The position numbers were made by a program, and so were the translations under genes. 64,000 nt of DNA from an uncultured virus (IMG/VR IMGVR_UViG_3300009128_000001) (taxonomy: Duplodnaviria; Heunggongvirae; Uroviricota; Caudoviricetes), in IMG/VR virus record IMGVR_UViG_3300009128_000001; one strand, written 5' to 3'. Numbering within the stretch: the first letter of the stretch is position 1; every line of letters begins with the position of its first letter. This document shows, piece by piece, positions 54,372-63,089 of the stretch. The notes beneath the pieces were generated by a model. It saw nothing but the letters and a program-made list of their open reading frames with translations. It was not told the origin of the DNA and did no database searches.

Positions 54372-54741
54372 GGTATATAATGAGCCTCAAACAATTCCCT
54401 CACACTCGCATCCCTATATTCCCCACTATCATCGGGAATAAACTTGTGAGACTTTTTTTCAGGATCTACATCTGAAATATAAATAGAATGAATAAGCTTA
54501 GAACTTTCAAACCTTTCTTTTAGCTCTTTATCCAGCTCTTTTTTATCCAAATCTGTCCTAATCCAGTAATATAATGATCCGTCAGGCCAAGAATATGAAT
54601 GCATCAATTGGAAATCTTTAAGCTTTTCCGCAAACTCCTTCTCGACTTTCCAATTAGCCTCTTGAGCTTTTATGCTTTTTGGCGTATCATCTGGCCAACC
54701 ATCCGTAGGACCAAGATAACTTATATCCAATAGAAAGTAAT

Positions 54742-54945
54742 TCATACTGCAAACCCATATCTGCGGAGGCGTGCTATAAAATCGCGCCAACTACAATCGG
54801 ATCCTGGTGTTTTAGATCCAACAATCAATTCTCCAGCTTCTGTATAAACTTTCAAATGACCACTTCCACCTACAACAATAGTTCCTCCCTGTTTTTTTAT
54901 CTTTCTTAGAGTTTTCTTAATTAGACTCTTCTCTACTTTAGCCAT
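54742..54945 (-). CDS. HicA-like small protein
   Basis: GGSGHLKV..SKTPG..LRRYGF pattern. Confidence 0.5.
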   Translation of the reverse strand: MAKVEKSLIKKTLRKIKKQGGTIVVGGSGHLKVYTEAGELIVGSKTPGSDCSWRDFIARLRRYGFAV

Positions 54946-54970
54946 TTTTCTTTATCTCCGGTTTAATTAG

Positions 54971-55042
54971 TGGGCCTACTCAGATTCGAACTGAGACTCA
55001 ACTGGTTAAAAGCCAGCTGCATTACCATTATGCTATAGACCC
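54971..55042 (-). tRNA. tRNA-Lys (UUU)
   Basis: Full cloverleaf; GCTGG-CTTTTAA-CCAGT; CTCAG-TTCGAAT-CTGAG. Confidence 0.92.
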
Positions 55043-55217
55043 AGATTGGATAGTTATACTTAGGAGTCTACGAAACTTAATTCTCGGCCCAGAGGTATTA
55101 ACGTAGCTATCCGTCTACGGCTGATTACCACAGCTTCGAGCTTTTTTCCTGTGATTAGCAGGTTGTTCATAGGGAATTCGCTACCCCTACTAGCTAATAA
55201 TCAATTAGCGCCTCTAG

Positions 55218-55293
55218 GGTATCCGACCAGACTTGAACTGGCATCATCTAGGGCCACAACCTAGTGCATTATTCCTGTTATGCTACGGATACC
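55218..55293 (-). tRNA. tRNA-His (GUG) with G-1:C73
   Basis: CTAGG-TTGTGGC-CCTAG; GCCAG-TTCAAGT-CTGGT. Confidence 0.9.
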
Positions 55294-56038
55294 AAGCGCC
55301 AGTTTTTTAACCAGCTACACATTAAGAGCAGCGGAGAGAAACTGGCCAAAAACTCATAAGTCCTATTTCAGATCTGCCATTCCAAAGGAACAATATGGCT
55401 CGTCTGTTCCACTATATAGATCGGAAATGTCTATAGAATTCCCACTATTATCTTCCCAATCTACCTCATCGCCAGCAATAAACTCTTGATGAATACATTG
55501 GTTCGTCTCAGTATCAAACTCCTGAATAACAAATCCAATTGTAATCTTTTTGATGATCATTGCTTATTACCACCTATCTATTGACTTGTAATCCTCAGTT
55601 ACTTTTTGCCACTCATCCCTTACTACAGGGTGCCAACAAGGATTAGGTTCTTTATTAGGCTCCCAATTGTCCCGTGCCCATTGTCGGAACTTACTTTCTT
55701 CTTCTAGATCTAAATCCCTAAAAAATGAATTAGGTATGCTCATAACTACAATTACCTACCTTCTACCTTTTGCTTTTTGCATTGAGCGCAAGAAAACTAC
55801 CATTGTAATCAACGCTCCGCAAAAAGCTACTGTAATTGGATAACCATTGACCGGAAAAAGCGTATATCGGCATACTTCAAACATAGAGGCCATCCACCAA
55901 ACCGATAGGAATACACATACCGCAAAAAAGATCTTCAACATTATCTTGCTCTCCGCTTGAATTGGAGTGTTGGTAATTAAATTGGTTAGTTTTTTATTCG
56001 GGAAACTAACCCAAAACCCTAGCACCCAGCGCCAAGTC

Positions 56039-56443
56039 TTAAAGCCTGCCTCGTTCCTTTGCCGCTCCCATTACCTGAAAAAGATCCAGCCCCAACCTAT
56101 CCACTAGATCCAGGACAATATCATAATCATCCTTTGGCTTCGGTTGAGCTTTCTTTACTGGCGCCTTTGCTTTCTTAACCGGAATATTCTGGGTTGCTTC
56201 TGCCTTTTCTCCCGTGTATTGATATGTGTCCCGTCCAATGCGAGCACAACCATCTACAATCTTTCCGCTCTTAAAAGCGCGCGTAATGTAATAATCACGC
56301 TTCTCTACCGGCAAATTAGAATCGCTCATGTCTACCAGATCAGACTTGCTAAAAACCTGATTAGACTTTTTCTTCATTGCCTTAGTGATTACGGCTAGAT
56401 AATCCTTGCCGTCCGGGTTAATCTTACGTCCACGACTTGCCAT
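56039..56443 (-). CDS. Basic putative DNA-binding protein
   Basis: Possible winged-helix N-terminus, KKAKAPVKKA linker. Confidence 0.55.
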   Translation of the reverse strand: MASRGRKINPDGKDYLAVITKAMKKKSNQVFSKSDLVDMSDSNLPVEKRDYYITRAFKSGKIVDGCARIGRDTYQYTGEKAEATQNIPVKKAKAPVKKAQPKPKDDYDIVLDLVDRLGLDLFQVMGAAKERGRL

Positions 56444-56500
56444 GATATCCTTTTCCCTTTTTCTTTTGCTGATTATTGGTTGTTGAGTGTATTAAAACAC

Positions 56501-56580
56501 TGGCGCTCTAATATAGGAGTCGAACCTACTTCTCCAGACAATTCATTAGCCTGGCGTTTTACCACAAAACTAATTAGAGC
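56501..56580 (-). ncRNA. Aberrant tRNA: 8-bp acceptor stem, enlarged anticodon loop, encoded CCA
   Basis: GCTCTAAT/ATTAGAGC-GCCA; D-arm GTTT/AAAC; CCAGGC-TAATGAATT-GTCTGG; GTAGG-TTCGACT-CCTAT. Confidence 0.7.
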
Positions 56581-57187
56581 ACATAGAAGTTTTTTCATAA
56601 TATACGAATCTACATCTACAGCCTACTAAAACTTCTATCATAAAACTCGGCTGCGATTATAGATAAGTGAGGTTTTTATAATATTCCCGCACACCTAACT
56701 AATCAGGTAACCCTAGATTACGTCTAAACTAGAGAAGATTGGGTTGACTAGTATCCCCTCTCTTTACCTCCAACCCTCATAGTTAGAACTTATATGTGCG
56801 TTCTATAACACTATAAAGTCTTTGATAAGTCGCAGTGTCTCTATAGCACCTAGTTTTTTTATAACAACTCCACTACTAAAACTAGGAAAACTTGCGAATG
56901 GTGGATAAGATAACTACCACATTATCCTACCCCAATAGTTTTTATAAGGTCAAACCATTAAACCATATTAGATTGTTGCTCGCTTGGTGTTTTTGGGCTC
57001 TTGGTTAAACAGGGCTTTTTCTGCTACTTTAGGATCCCCATTGATATTAAACCACTTGGCGCAACAATGAGAGAAAAAGGTTGCTGTATTAGTATCGGCC
57101 CAGCAATTCCCCACTTTACCATTATCACTCGACCAATGAATACAGTTTTTGCAATTATCCACAATAACTCTCCCGCGTTCGTTTATT

Positions 57188-57252
57188 AACCTAATCACGA
57201 TTCGAGCGGTGTCAAGGGCTGTACGTCACTTTTTTTGGCACAGCCCTTGCAT
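57188..57252. promoter_or_regulatory. sigma70-type promoter (minus) back-to-back with sigma54 site (plus)
   Basis: TTGACA-16-TAGGTT minus; TGGCACAGCCCTTGCAT plus at 57236. Confidence 0.75.
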
Positions 57253-57341
57253 ACACCGATTCAGCTAAAGAAACAAGACCACTATATATCCGCCAATTAT
57301 ATATCCGAAGATAAAACCATGGCGGAATTCAATTGAGCCTA

Positions 57342-57662
57342 TCATGCCGAAACTCGAATAGTTGGATCCTTGTCTTTGACTTTCTTTTGCGGGATCTTAT
57401 AACCCTTCTCAACCAACAATGCCTTAGCAGCATCATTATCATCTGTATATCTGCCCCTAGTTCCCTTTACATAAGATACCTTGCCTTTTTCTCGGACTAC
57501 TGGCACCTTATGATCAATCTGGGAAACAATATTCGGCCGCAATTGACTCTTCTTTTGCTTGATCTTTTCCAATTGTCGCTTGAGATCTTTTTCTTCTAGC
57601 TGTAGATCAATGTATTCGTCAACCAACATCTCAAAACTAATATCATATGCAGCTTCAGTCAT
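57342..57662 (-). CDS. Hypothetical coiled-coil protein
   Basis: Co-oriented ORF with GGAG RBS. Confidence 0.65.
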   Translation of the reverse strand: MTEAAYDISFEMLVDEYIDLQLEEKDLKRQLEKIKQKKSQLRPNIVSQIDHKVPVVREKGKVSYVKGTRGRYTDDNDAAKALLVEKGYKIPQKKVKDKDPTIRVSA

Positions 57663-57856
57663 GATTATAGATCTCCTAGTTTTTCGCCGGTTACCATATC
57701 AAACCAGCTTAGGTGCGTATAGTTTTCTCCAGGTTCAGTCCAGGCCCAGAGAATGGCTTTCTTGCCATTGTAATAATCCAGGCTAACATAATGTCCGCTC
57801 GGTAGTTTTTCGAGAATATCTGTGGGTACCATGTTTCTTCTCTCGTCTGTTCTTAT

Positions 57857-57922
57857 AACCTAATCACGATCCTGCCCGTGTCAAGCCCCCCTCTGTCACT
57901 TTTCTTGGCACGGCTCTTGCAT
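57857..57922. promoter_or_regulatory. sigma70-type promoter (minus) back-to-back with sigma54 site (plus)
   Basis: TTGACA-16-TAGGTT minus; TGGCACGGCTCTTGCAT plus at 57906. Confidence 0.75.
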
Positions 57923-57934
57923 ACGGTTTTTATA

Positions 57935-58321
57935 TTAACGCAAAGATTCCCAACGGTTTTTCATTCTATCAATTGCTTCGGGCGGAACATCATGAACATT
58001 ACCAAAATCATTCTGACATTCAATTACACTCACACTGTAACCATACTTTTCCGCCAATTCAAAGTAAACCTTAGCTTCCCACTTCTGACTAAAAGTATTA
58101 TGTACAGCAATCTTTTGAATAGATTCCACCATACATTTCTCTACATTAGTTTGACATTGGCCGTGTGCTTGTTTTAGTTTAGACGGATCGAAGTTATATC
58201 CGCCATCTTTTTCGAAGTAATCATCAGCAGCAAAGAGAGCGCCAGTCCAACCTACCAGATCCTTTGCTACAGTTGTTTTTCCACTTCCAGGCAATCCACG
58301 AACGATGTATAGAATATTCAT
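57935..58321 (-). CDS. P-loop kinase (AAA_33, polynucleotide-kinase-like)
   Basis: RGLPGSGKTT, ADDYF, AHGQCQ, VHNTF, NVHDVP..IDRM..RWE; start corrected. Confidence 0.85.
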   Translation of the reverse strand: MNILYIVRGLPGSGKTTVAKDLVGWTGALFAADDYFEKDGGYNFDPSKLKQAHGQCQTNVEKCMVESIQKIAVHNTFSQKWEAKVYFELAEKYGYSVSVIECQNDFGNVHDVPPEAIDRMKNRWESLR

Positions 58322-59068
58322 GTTTTTATTCCTATAGATAGAGATTAACCAGGTATTCGGCAGCCTCACGAGAAGAATTAAAAGTAATTGTTTCTCCGGG
58401 TAATTCAAGTCTCCAAGTGTTTCCTCGCCGATTAGAAAACATTGTAAAGTCATCGTGGTGAATAGTTTCGTCTTCTATTCGGTATTGGGTTAGCTCTATT
58501 GCCGTGTTAATTGCGAATGGTGAGTGCATTGTTTTATCCCTATCCGTGTGAAAAAGTTACCCTCGTTTGCTTTGCCCTCATTCTCCACTTACCATCTCCC
58601 CCGCCTGTCCGCTTACATACTGGCCCTTTATATCTTACTATTGGGTCGGATGTGGGGGCAGGTAATGAATTAAGCGCTTCTTTTTTATTCCAACATTCTC
58701 CAGTTTCTTCACACATAACTTTAACTGGCGAACTTTGGACGTTATAACCTTCTTCTTTTCTTAGGAAGTTTAGGAGTAGATGTTTAGCTATACGCCAGCG
58801 GTTTTTTTCTTGATTGAATTGCGCGCGGTTAACTTCTTTTATTACCTCGAATGTATCCCCGCTTGCAAACCACATCTTCCACAATACTTTTATGAACTTA
58901 GGCTTTTTTTCTCTCTTTTTTCTCTCCCCTTTTTTACCTGAACTTCTCGCCGCTAATGCTTGAGCTTTTTCGAATACCTCTTTTCCTACCTGCCAGTCTT
59001 CTGCTTTTATTGGTGGATTATCTGTACCATCACATATCCAAAAGGACATTGGCAAACCTCTTTTAGCT

Positions 59069-59437
59069 TTAGCGTGCGTTTTCTTGGCACATAAAAGGAC
59101 GTTCGAGGATACTAAAAACCTTTGATTGATCAATGGTGTTTAGCAATAATTCAATGTGTTGCGGTGTTAGATGGTATTCTTTAGTGCCATATACCCTTAT
59201 TGGTTTGCGCCCCCTTCGTTTCAATTGCTTATATGCTCTAACACCTATCAATACCTGAGCAGTAGCGTTTTTTAGGATGTTCCACTCAAAACCATCGGCA
59301 TTATTACACCTTACACTATCATCTATAAACTGCTCATATTCATCATCTTGTTTTGCATTAGGACAGTTTTTAATGATATAATCAACCGTTTTTAGTTGAT
59401 CTGCTAGTTTTTGGCGCGCTTCTTTTAATACTGACAT
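59069..59437 (-). CDS. Hypothetical protein, paralog of 49901..50281
   Basis: Shared motifs; GGAG RBS before MSVLKE. Confidence 0.75.
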   Translation of the reverse strand: MSVLKEARQKLADQLKTVDYIIKNCPNAKQDDEYEQFIDDSVRCNNADGFEWNILKNATAQVLIGVRAYKQLKRRGRKPIRVYGTKEYHLTPQHIELLLNTIDQSKVFSILERPFMCQENAR

Positions 59438-59457
59438 GGCGTAGTCTCCTGTAGGCT

Positions 59458-59664
59458 TTAATTGGCCTTTAGTACACTTTCCAGTTTCCAAGTTAGATAA
59501 TTCGCCTCGTCATTCTGAAAAGCATGAGGCGTTAACTCGTCCAAAGCCCTTTCTATTGTTTCCCTCGTACCTTTGCCTACAGACATCAAAGAGTAAGTAG
59601 CAGAATATTGTCCGCCATGCCAATAATGAAGTAGAGTCACAGTTTCATTATCAAGTCCAAACAT
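59458..59664 (-). CDS. Hypothetical protein, paralog of 47017..47223
   Basis: WHGGQYSATYSL. Confidence 0.7.
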   Translation of the reverse strand: MFGLDNETVTLLHYWHGGQYSATYSLMSVGKGTRETIERALDELTPHAFQNDEANYLTWKLESVLKAN

Positions 59665-59685
59665 GGTTCCCTCCGCTCTAGTTAT

Positions 59686-59750
59686 AACCTAATCACGTTT
59701 AGGGGGTTGTCAATGGGTCATACCAGATAAAACTGGTATGACCTTTGCAT
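59686..59750. promoter_or_regulatory. sigma70-type promoter (minus) back-to-back with sigma54-like site (plus) in a palindrome
   Basis: TTGACA-16-TAGGTT; TGGTATGACCTTTGCAT; GGTCATACCAG/CTGGTATGACC inverted repeat. Confidence 0.7.
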
Positions 59751-59756
59751 GTAGGT

Positions 59757-60590
59757 CTAGTCGTCTGTTTTATCTTGAATATAATCGGCCGCCTTTTGAG
59801 CTTGTGCCGCAGCCAATACCAACCAATCTTTATTGTTTTGCAGTTTCTTTAGCCAGCTTTCAAGATAACCAGCATGATTCTTTTCGGTTTCACGGTTATT
59901 GATCCCAGTAACACCACACAACATTGCCGCTGTAAACTCTGCAATTAGTTCTTCTTTTGAGTAATTGTGTGAACCAAAGTGTACGGTATTAGTTACTCCT
60001 TCACGCTCTAGTCTATCCGCGTGGCCCGTACTATGGCCTAATTCGTGGAATAGAGTAGCATAATAAGCCTCGGCACTCTCGAATATGTCCTCTTTTGGCA
60101 TATTAACTACATCTTTGGCCGGAACATAATAGGGATTAGGATCTTTATGCTCAATATCGGGACAGTCTTTATAACCATCCACCAATTGTTCGCAGGCTTC
60201 TATTGGTTCAAACTCTCTTTTTTCTTGCTCGGGTACTTCTAAACCCTCGCATTGATCGGTATTAAAAACCGTATAATACCGCAGAATGAAAAAGGACTTG
60301 TCTTTGCCGTTCTCTTCTTTATCAATCTTTTTCCAGAAGATAATAGGTCGGCCCTTTTCTCCCTTTTTAACCGATCCGCCCTTTGCCTTTGCTTGCTTGT
60401 ATGTAACCCACCAGCGAGAAGAAAAACCCGCCAACCCTAGGGTCATAATATTAAACCCTCTATATTCTTTTTTACTTACTAGGTTGGCTGCACTCCCACT
60501 AGCCCAAGTCTTACGCCAAGGATTCTCTCCCTTTTCCAACAGGTCAAAGATCGGTTTGGTGATAACGTCGTATACTTTAGATCTGCTCAT
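59757..60590 (-). CDS. ardC: ArdC-family antirestriction ssDNA-binding/zincin-like protein
   Basis: PWRKTW, YRGFN, WVTYKQA..GGSVKKGEKG, YTVFN, TLFHELGHSTGH..RL.R, YSKEELIAE. Confidence 0.9.
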   Translation of the reverse strand: MSRSKVYDVITKPIFDLLEKGENPWRKTWASGSAANLVSKKEYRGFNIMTLGLAGFSSRWWVTYKQAKAKGGSVKKGEKGRPIIFWKKIDKEENGKDKSFFILRYYTVFNTDQCEGLEVPEQEKREFEPIEACEQLVDGYKDCPDIEHKDPNPYYVPAKDVVNMPKEDIFESAEAYYATLFHELGHSTGHADRLEREGVTNTVHFGSHNYSKEELIAEFTAAMLCGVTGINNRETEKNHAGYLESWLKKLQNNKDWLVLAAAQAQKAADYIQDKTDD

Positions 60591-60613
60591 GATTGCGTGC
60601 CTTTCTAATATAT

Positions 60614-60641
60614 AGCCTAATCACTGCTAGGCTGTTGTCAA
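60614..60641 (-). promoter_or_regulatory. Early sigma70-type promoter for ardC
   Basis: TTGACA-N10-AGTGAT-TAGGCT. Confidence 0.75.
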
Positions 60642-60974
60642 GGTTTCGCATGTTCTTTTTTGCGCTTTTCTAACACTCCCCTATAATCTCAAGATCATTA
60701 AGGAAAACATCACACGGCACCATCTCGCCTTGATTGATCTCGCGCAAACCAAACACTTTCTTATTCTCGCGTGAATAAACTTGTTCAATGTCTAGCCAAG
60801 CGAATATTGTTGATCCATCCTTGTGTTTGCATTCTACGAAGATCTGGCGCATTGGATTGACTCCTAATGATGGGTTGAGGTAAAAAACCGTTCACACCCG
60901 AGTAAGTAGAGCATAATTAGAATTGAATGGTTTCCTTTTGCGTGTTGGCTCTACTTGGCCGGATATGTAGGTTT

Positions 60975-61024
60975 TGGCGGAACATGTAGGAATCGAACCT
61001 ACATAATTATATCCCAGATGTTCC
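60975..61024 (-). ncRNA. 50-nt tRNA minihelix-like RNA with encoded CCA
   Basis: GGAACAT-15nt-GTAGG-TTCGATT-CCTAC-ATGTTCC-GCCA. Confidence 0.65.
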
Positions 61025-61290
61025 AGATAGGTATAGTCAGAACCACGACCAAACTATACCTTAGCTTTTTATATCGGCGCCGTTCTCGTGTACGCCAGTA
61101 GTAGGAAAAGCCCACCTAGTAGTTTTAAGGCTATAACTACCAAACCTTACACGGCCCGGCCTATATTAGCGATAGGCCCTACGTCTTTGGGAATATTAGG
61201 GCGCCTTTTTATCAGCGCCCCCTTGGTTGTGGTTGAATAGGTAGTTTGCCAGACTATCCTATCCTTCCGCTAACACTTGCTTTCGCCCAC

Positions 61291-61536
61291 TTACTGGGAA
61301 AGCTCGGTCAACACTCGATAAGCCGTCATAGCGTCACAGAAACTGTTGCCGCTAACGTTGTCCAAACCCTTTACAGGCTCAAGACCACTAGGCCCATCCA
61401 GGTTAACTACAGTGCATCGGGAATCGTTGCTAACCATTAGCTGAATGCTATCAGGAAAACAGCCAAGCTCGCGAGCCTGACGGAATGCCTCTTTGCACTC
61501 ACTAACAGTCTTAGCAGTACGACCACGGTTTGCCAT
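61291..61536 (-). CDS. Small early protein, tandem paralog of 61676..61951
   Basis: MANRGRTAKTVSECK..GLEPVKGLDN.SGNSFCD; AGGAG RBS. Confidence 0.8.
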   Translation of the reverse strand: MANRGRTAKTVSECKEAFRQARELGCFPDSIQLMVSNDSRCTVVNLDGPSGLEPVKGLDNVSGNSFCDAMTAYRVLTELSQ

Positions 61537-61602
61537 GTAGGTACTCCTAGCTGGAAGGTTATGGTTTGACGCGACTTGCACTATTACTCGCCGCCAAGGA
61601 AT

Positions 61603-61630
61603 AAAGTAATCACGTTTTTGGGGCTGTCAA
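61603..61630 (-). promoter_or_regulatory. Early sigma70-type promoter
   Basis: TTGACA-N10-CGTGAT-TACTTT. Confidence 0.7.
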
Positions 61631-61675
61631 TGGGTAGGAGTAACTTTTTTGCTACCCCTACCCAACCCCACCGAT

Positions 61676-61951
61676 CTATTCAGACCGGGGAAGGGATCCG
61701 TTGATAAGCGTTTGAAGCTTCATCAACTCCAGGAAAACCCCCATACTATCGCAAAACGAATTCCCTGAAAGATTGTCCAAGCCCTTTACAGGCTCAAGTC
61801 CGTTTGCCCCTTCAAGGTCCACCACTGTACACCGGCCATCACTGGTTACCATTAGCTGGCAACTAACCGGGAATCCTCCCTTATTCCTAGCTTCACGCCA
61901 GGCTTGCTTGCACTCGTCAACAGTCTTGCTTGTTCGTCCGCGTTGTGCCAT
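61676..61951 (-). CDS. Small early protein, tandem paralog of 61291..61536
   Basis: MAQRGRTSKTVDECK..; AGGAG RBS. Confidence 0.8.
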   Translation of the reverse strand: MAQRGRTSKTVDECKQAWREARNKGGFPVSCQLMVTSDGRCTVVDLEGANGLEPVKGLDNLSGNSFCDSMGVFLELMKLQTLINGSLPRSE

Positions 61952-62010
61952 GATTAACTCCTGTTGTTTCCTAACTTGTTGTCGGTTCGTTTTCCGTGTC
62001 TGCCTTTATG

Positions 62011-62035
62011 TTCCGTATCGGTCGGGTTGGGGACA
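62011..62035. repeat. 25-bp direct repeat copy 1
   Basis: TTCCGTATCGGTCGGGTTGGGGACA, identical at 63189..63213. Confidence 0.85.
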
Positions 62036-62087
62036 CTTTTTTCAAACTTTTCGACCCATGATTAGCTGCTCTTTTGGTTTGGGTTAT

Positions 62088-62154
62088 TGGTGGGAAGTGT
62101 AGGACTCGAACCTACTCCAAACACCCGTAAGTGTTTGGCGCCCTATACCATCCC
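62088..62154 (-). ncRNA. D-armless tRNA-like RNA with encoded CCA
   Basis: GGGA(T)GGT/ACTTCCC-ACCA; CCAAACAC/GTGTTTGG hairpin; GTAGG-TTCGAGT-CCTAC. Confidence 0.6.
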
Positions 62155-62450
62155 GCGCTACCATGTAAGGCGCGCAGATTCACAACGATGGCTCTCCTCA
62201 ATTGCCAGATCAATGTGGTAGTGTACCAAAGTGTCATGTGGAAAACGATCAAGAGCTTTTTTGATCGAGGTAGCTACTAGAGCGTACCTATTCCCCCGCC
62301 TTTCCGTTTCAGACAATAGATCCCTTAGTATGTTTTGGGCTAGCCCCTTGTCTTGGCTCATGTGGGTTAGAGCCTTGAATAGTTCGGATCGTATATTGAT
62401 CGGCTTAAACATTATCCGCCCCTTGTTTGGGTTATCGGGCTATGTGTGGG

Positions 62451-62478
62451 AAGTTAATCACGCTAGGGGCATTGTCAA
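62451..62478 (-). promoter_or_regulatory. Early sigma70-type promoter
   Basis: TTGACA-N10-CGTGAT-TAACTT. Confidence 0.7.
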
Positions 62479-62500
62479 CCCCTAGCGCGATCTTTTCTGA

Positions 62501-63052
62501 CTATTGAATTAGAAACTGACCTTTGGGGCCTTCTGCCACTAGTCCCTTGTAATGGGTTTGGAGCAATTGCCAGAGCGCTTTTTCTGCTCTGGCTGGTACG
62601 CTGTTCTTTTGGCTCCTACGATGCCAGAACCTACCCCGGATCCCTTTCCAGGCATTAAGGGACGACTTGCGATAGGGCGTCTTGATCTTAATGCGCCAAC
62701 CATATTGGCTATGATAACGCTCGATAAAGATCACTGGCTTTTGGGCCGCGCGTTCTGCCTTATCTCCTAGGCGTTTTTCGATCCGATCCGCTAGGGCATC
62801 AAAACCTAGGGAGCGGAGCCTTTGAACCTTGGGCGGAATAGTAGGGCCAACTTGATCCCGTGCTATCTGGTAGATTAGCACATTAGCCTCTTTATTCTGT
62901 GCCTCGCTGATATGGCTTGTTGACTTGCCATACATCTTTCGACACTTTGGGCCCATCATAACCTGGGCTGACTTTGCGTTGACTAGGGAATACCCACAAG
63001 CCGCGCACCTAATGTCCAAGAGTTTAGTTGCTTTGGCGTTTTCGTGATCCAT
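62501..63052 (-). CDS. Zn-finger (DUF6011-like) plus HARP-like domain protein
   Basis: RCAACGYSL..S..MGPKC; IKTPY..KGIRGRFW..SVP. Confidence 0.6.
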   Translation of the reverse strand: MDHENAKATKLLDIRCAACGYSLVNAKSAQVMMGPKCRKMYGKSTSHISEAQNKEANVLIYQIARDQVGPTIPPKVQRLRSLGFDALADRIEKRLGDKAERAAQKPVIFIERYHSQYGWRIKIKTPYRKSSLNAWKGIRGRFWHRRSQKNSVPARAEKALWQLLQTHYKGLVAEGPKGQFLIQ

Positions 63053-63089
63053 TGTGCCCTCACTTGGTTAGTGTTTCGAGCATACAAGC

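Noticed and set aside
56501..56580. tRNA-Sec call
   Set aside because: It has no UCA anticodon on the coding strand and no long variable arm.
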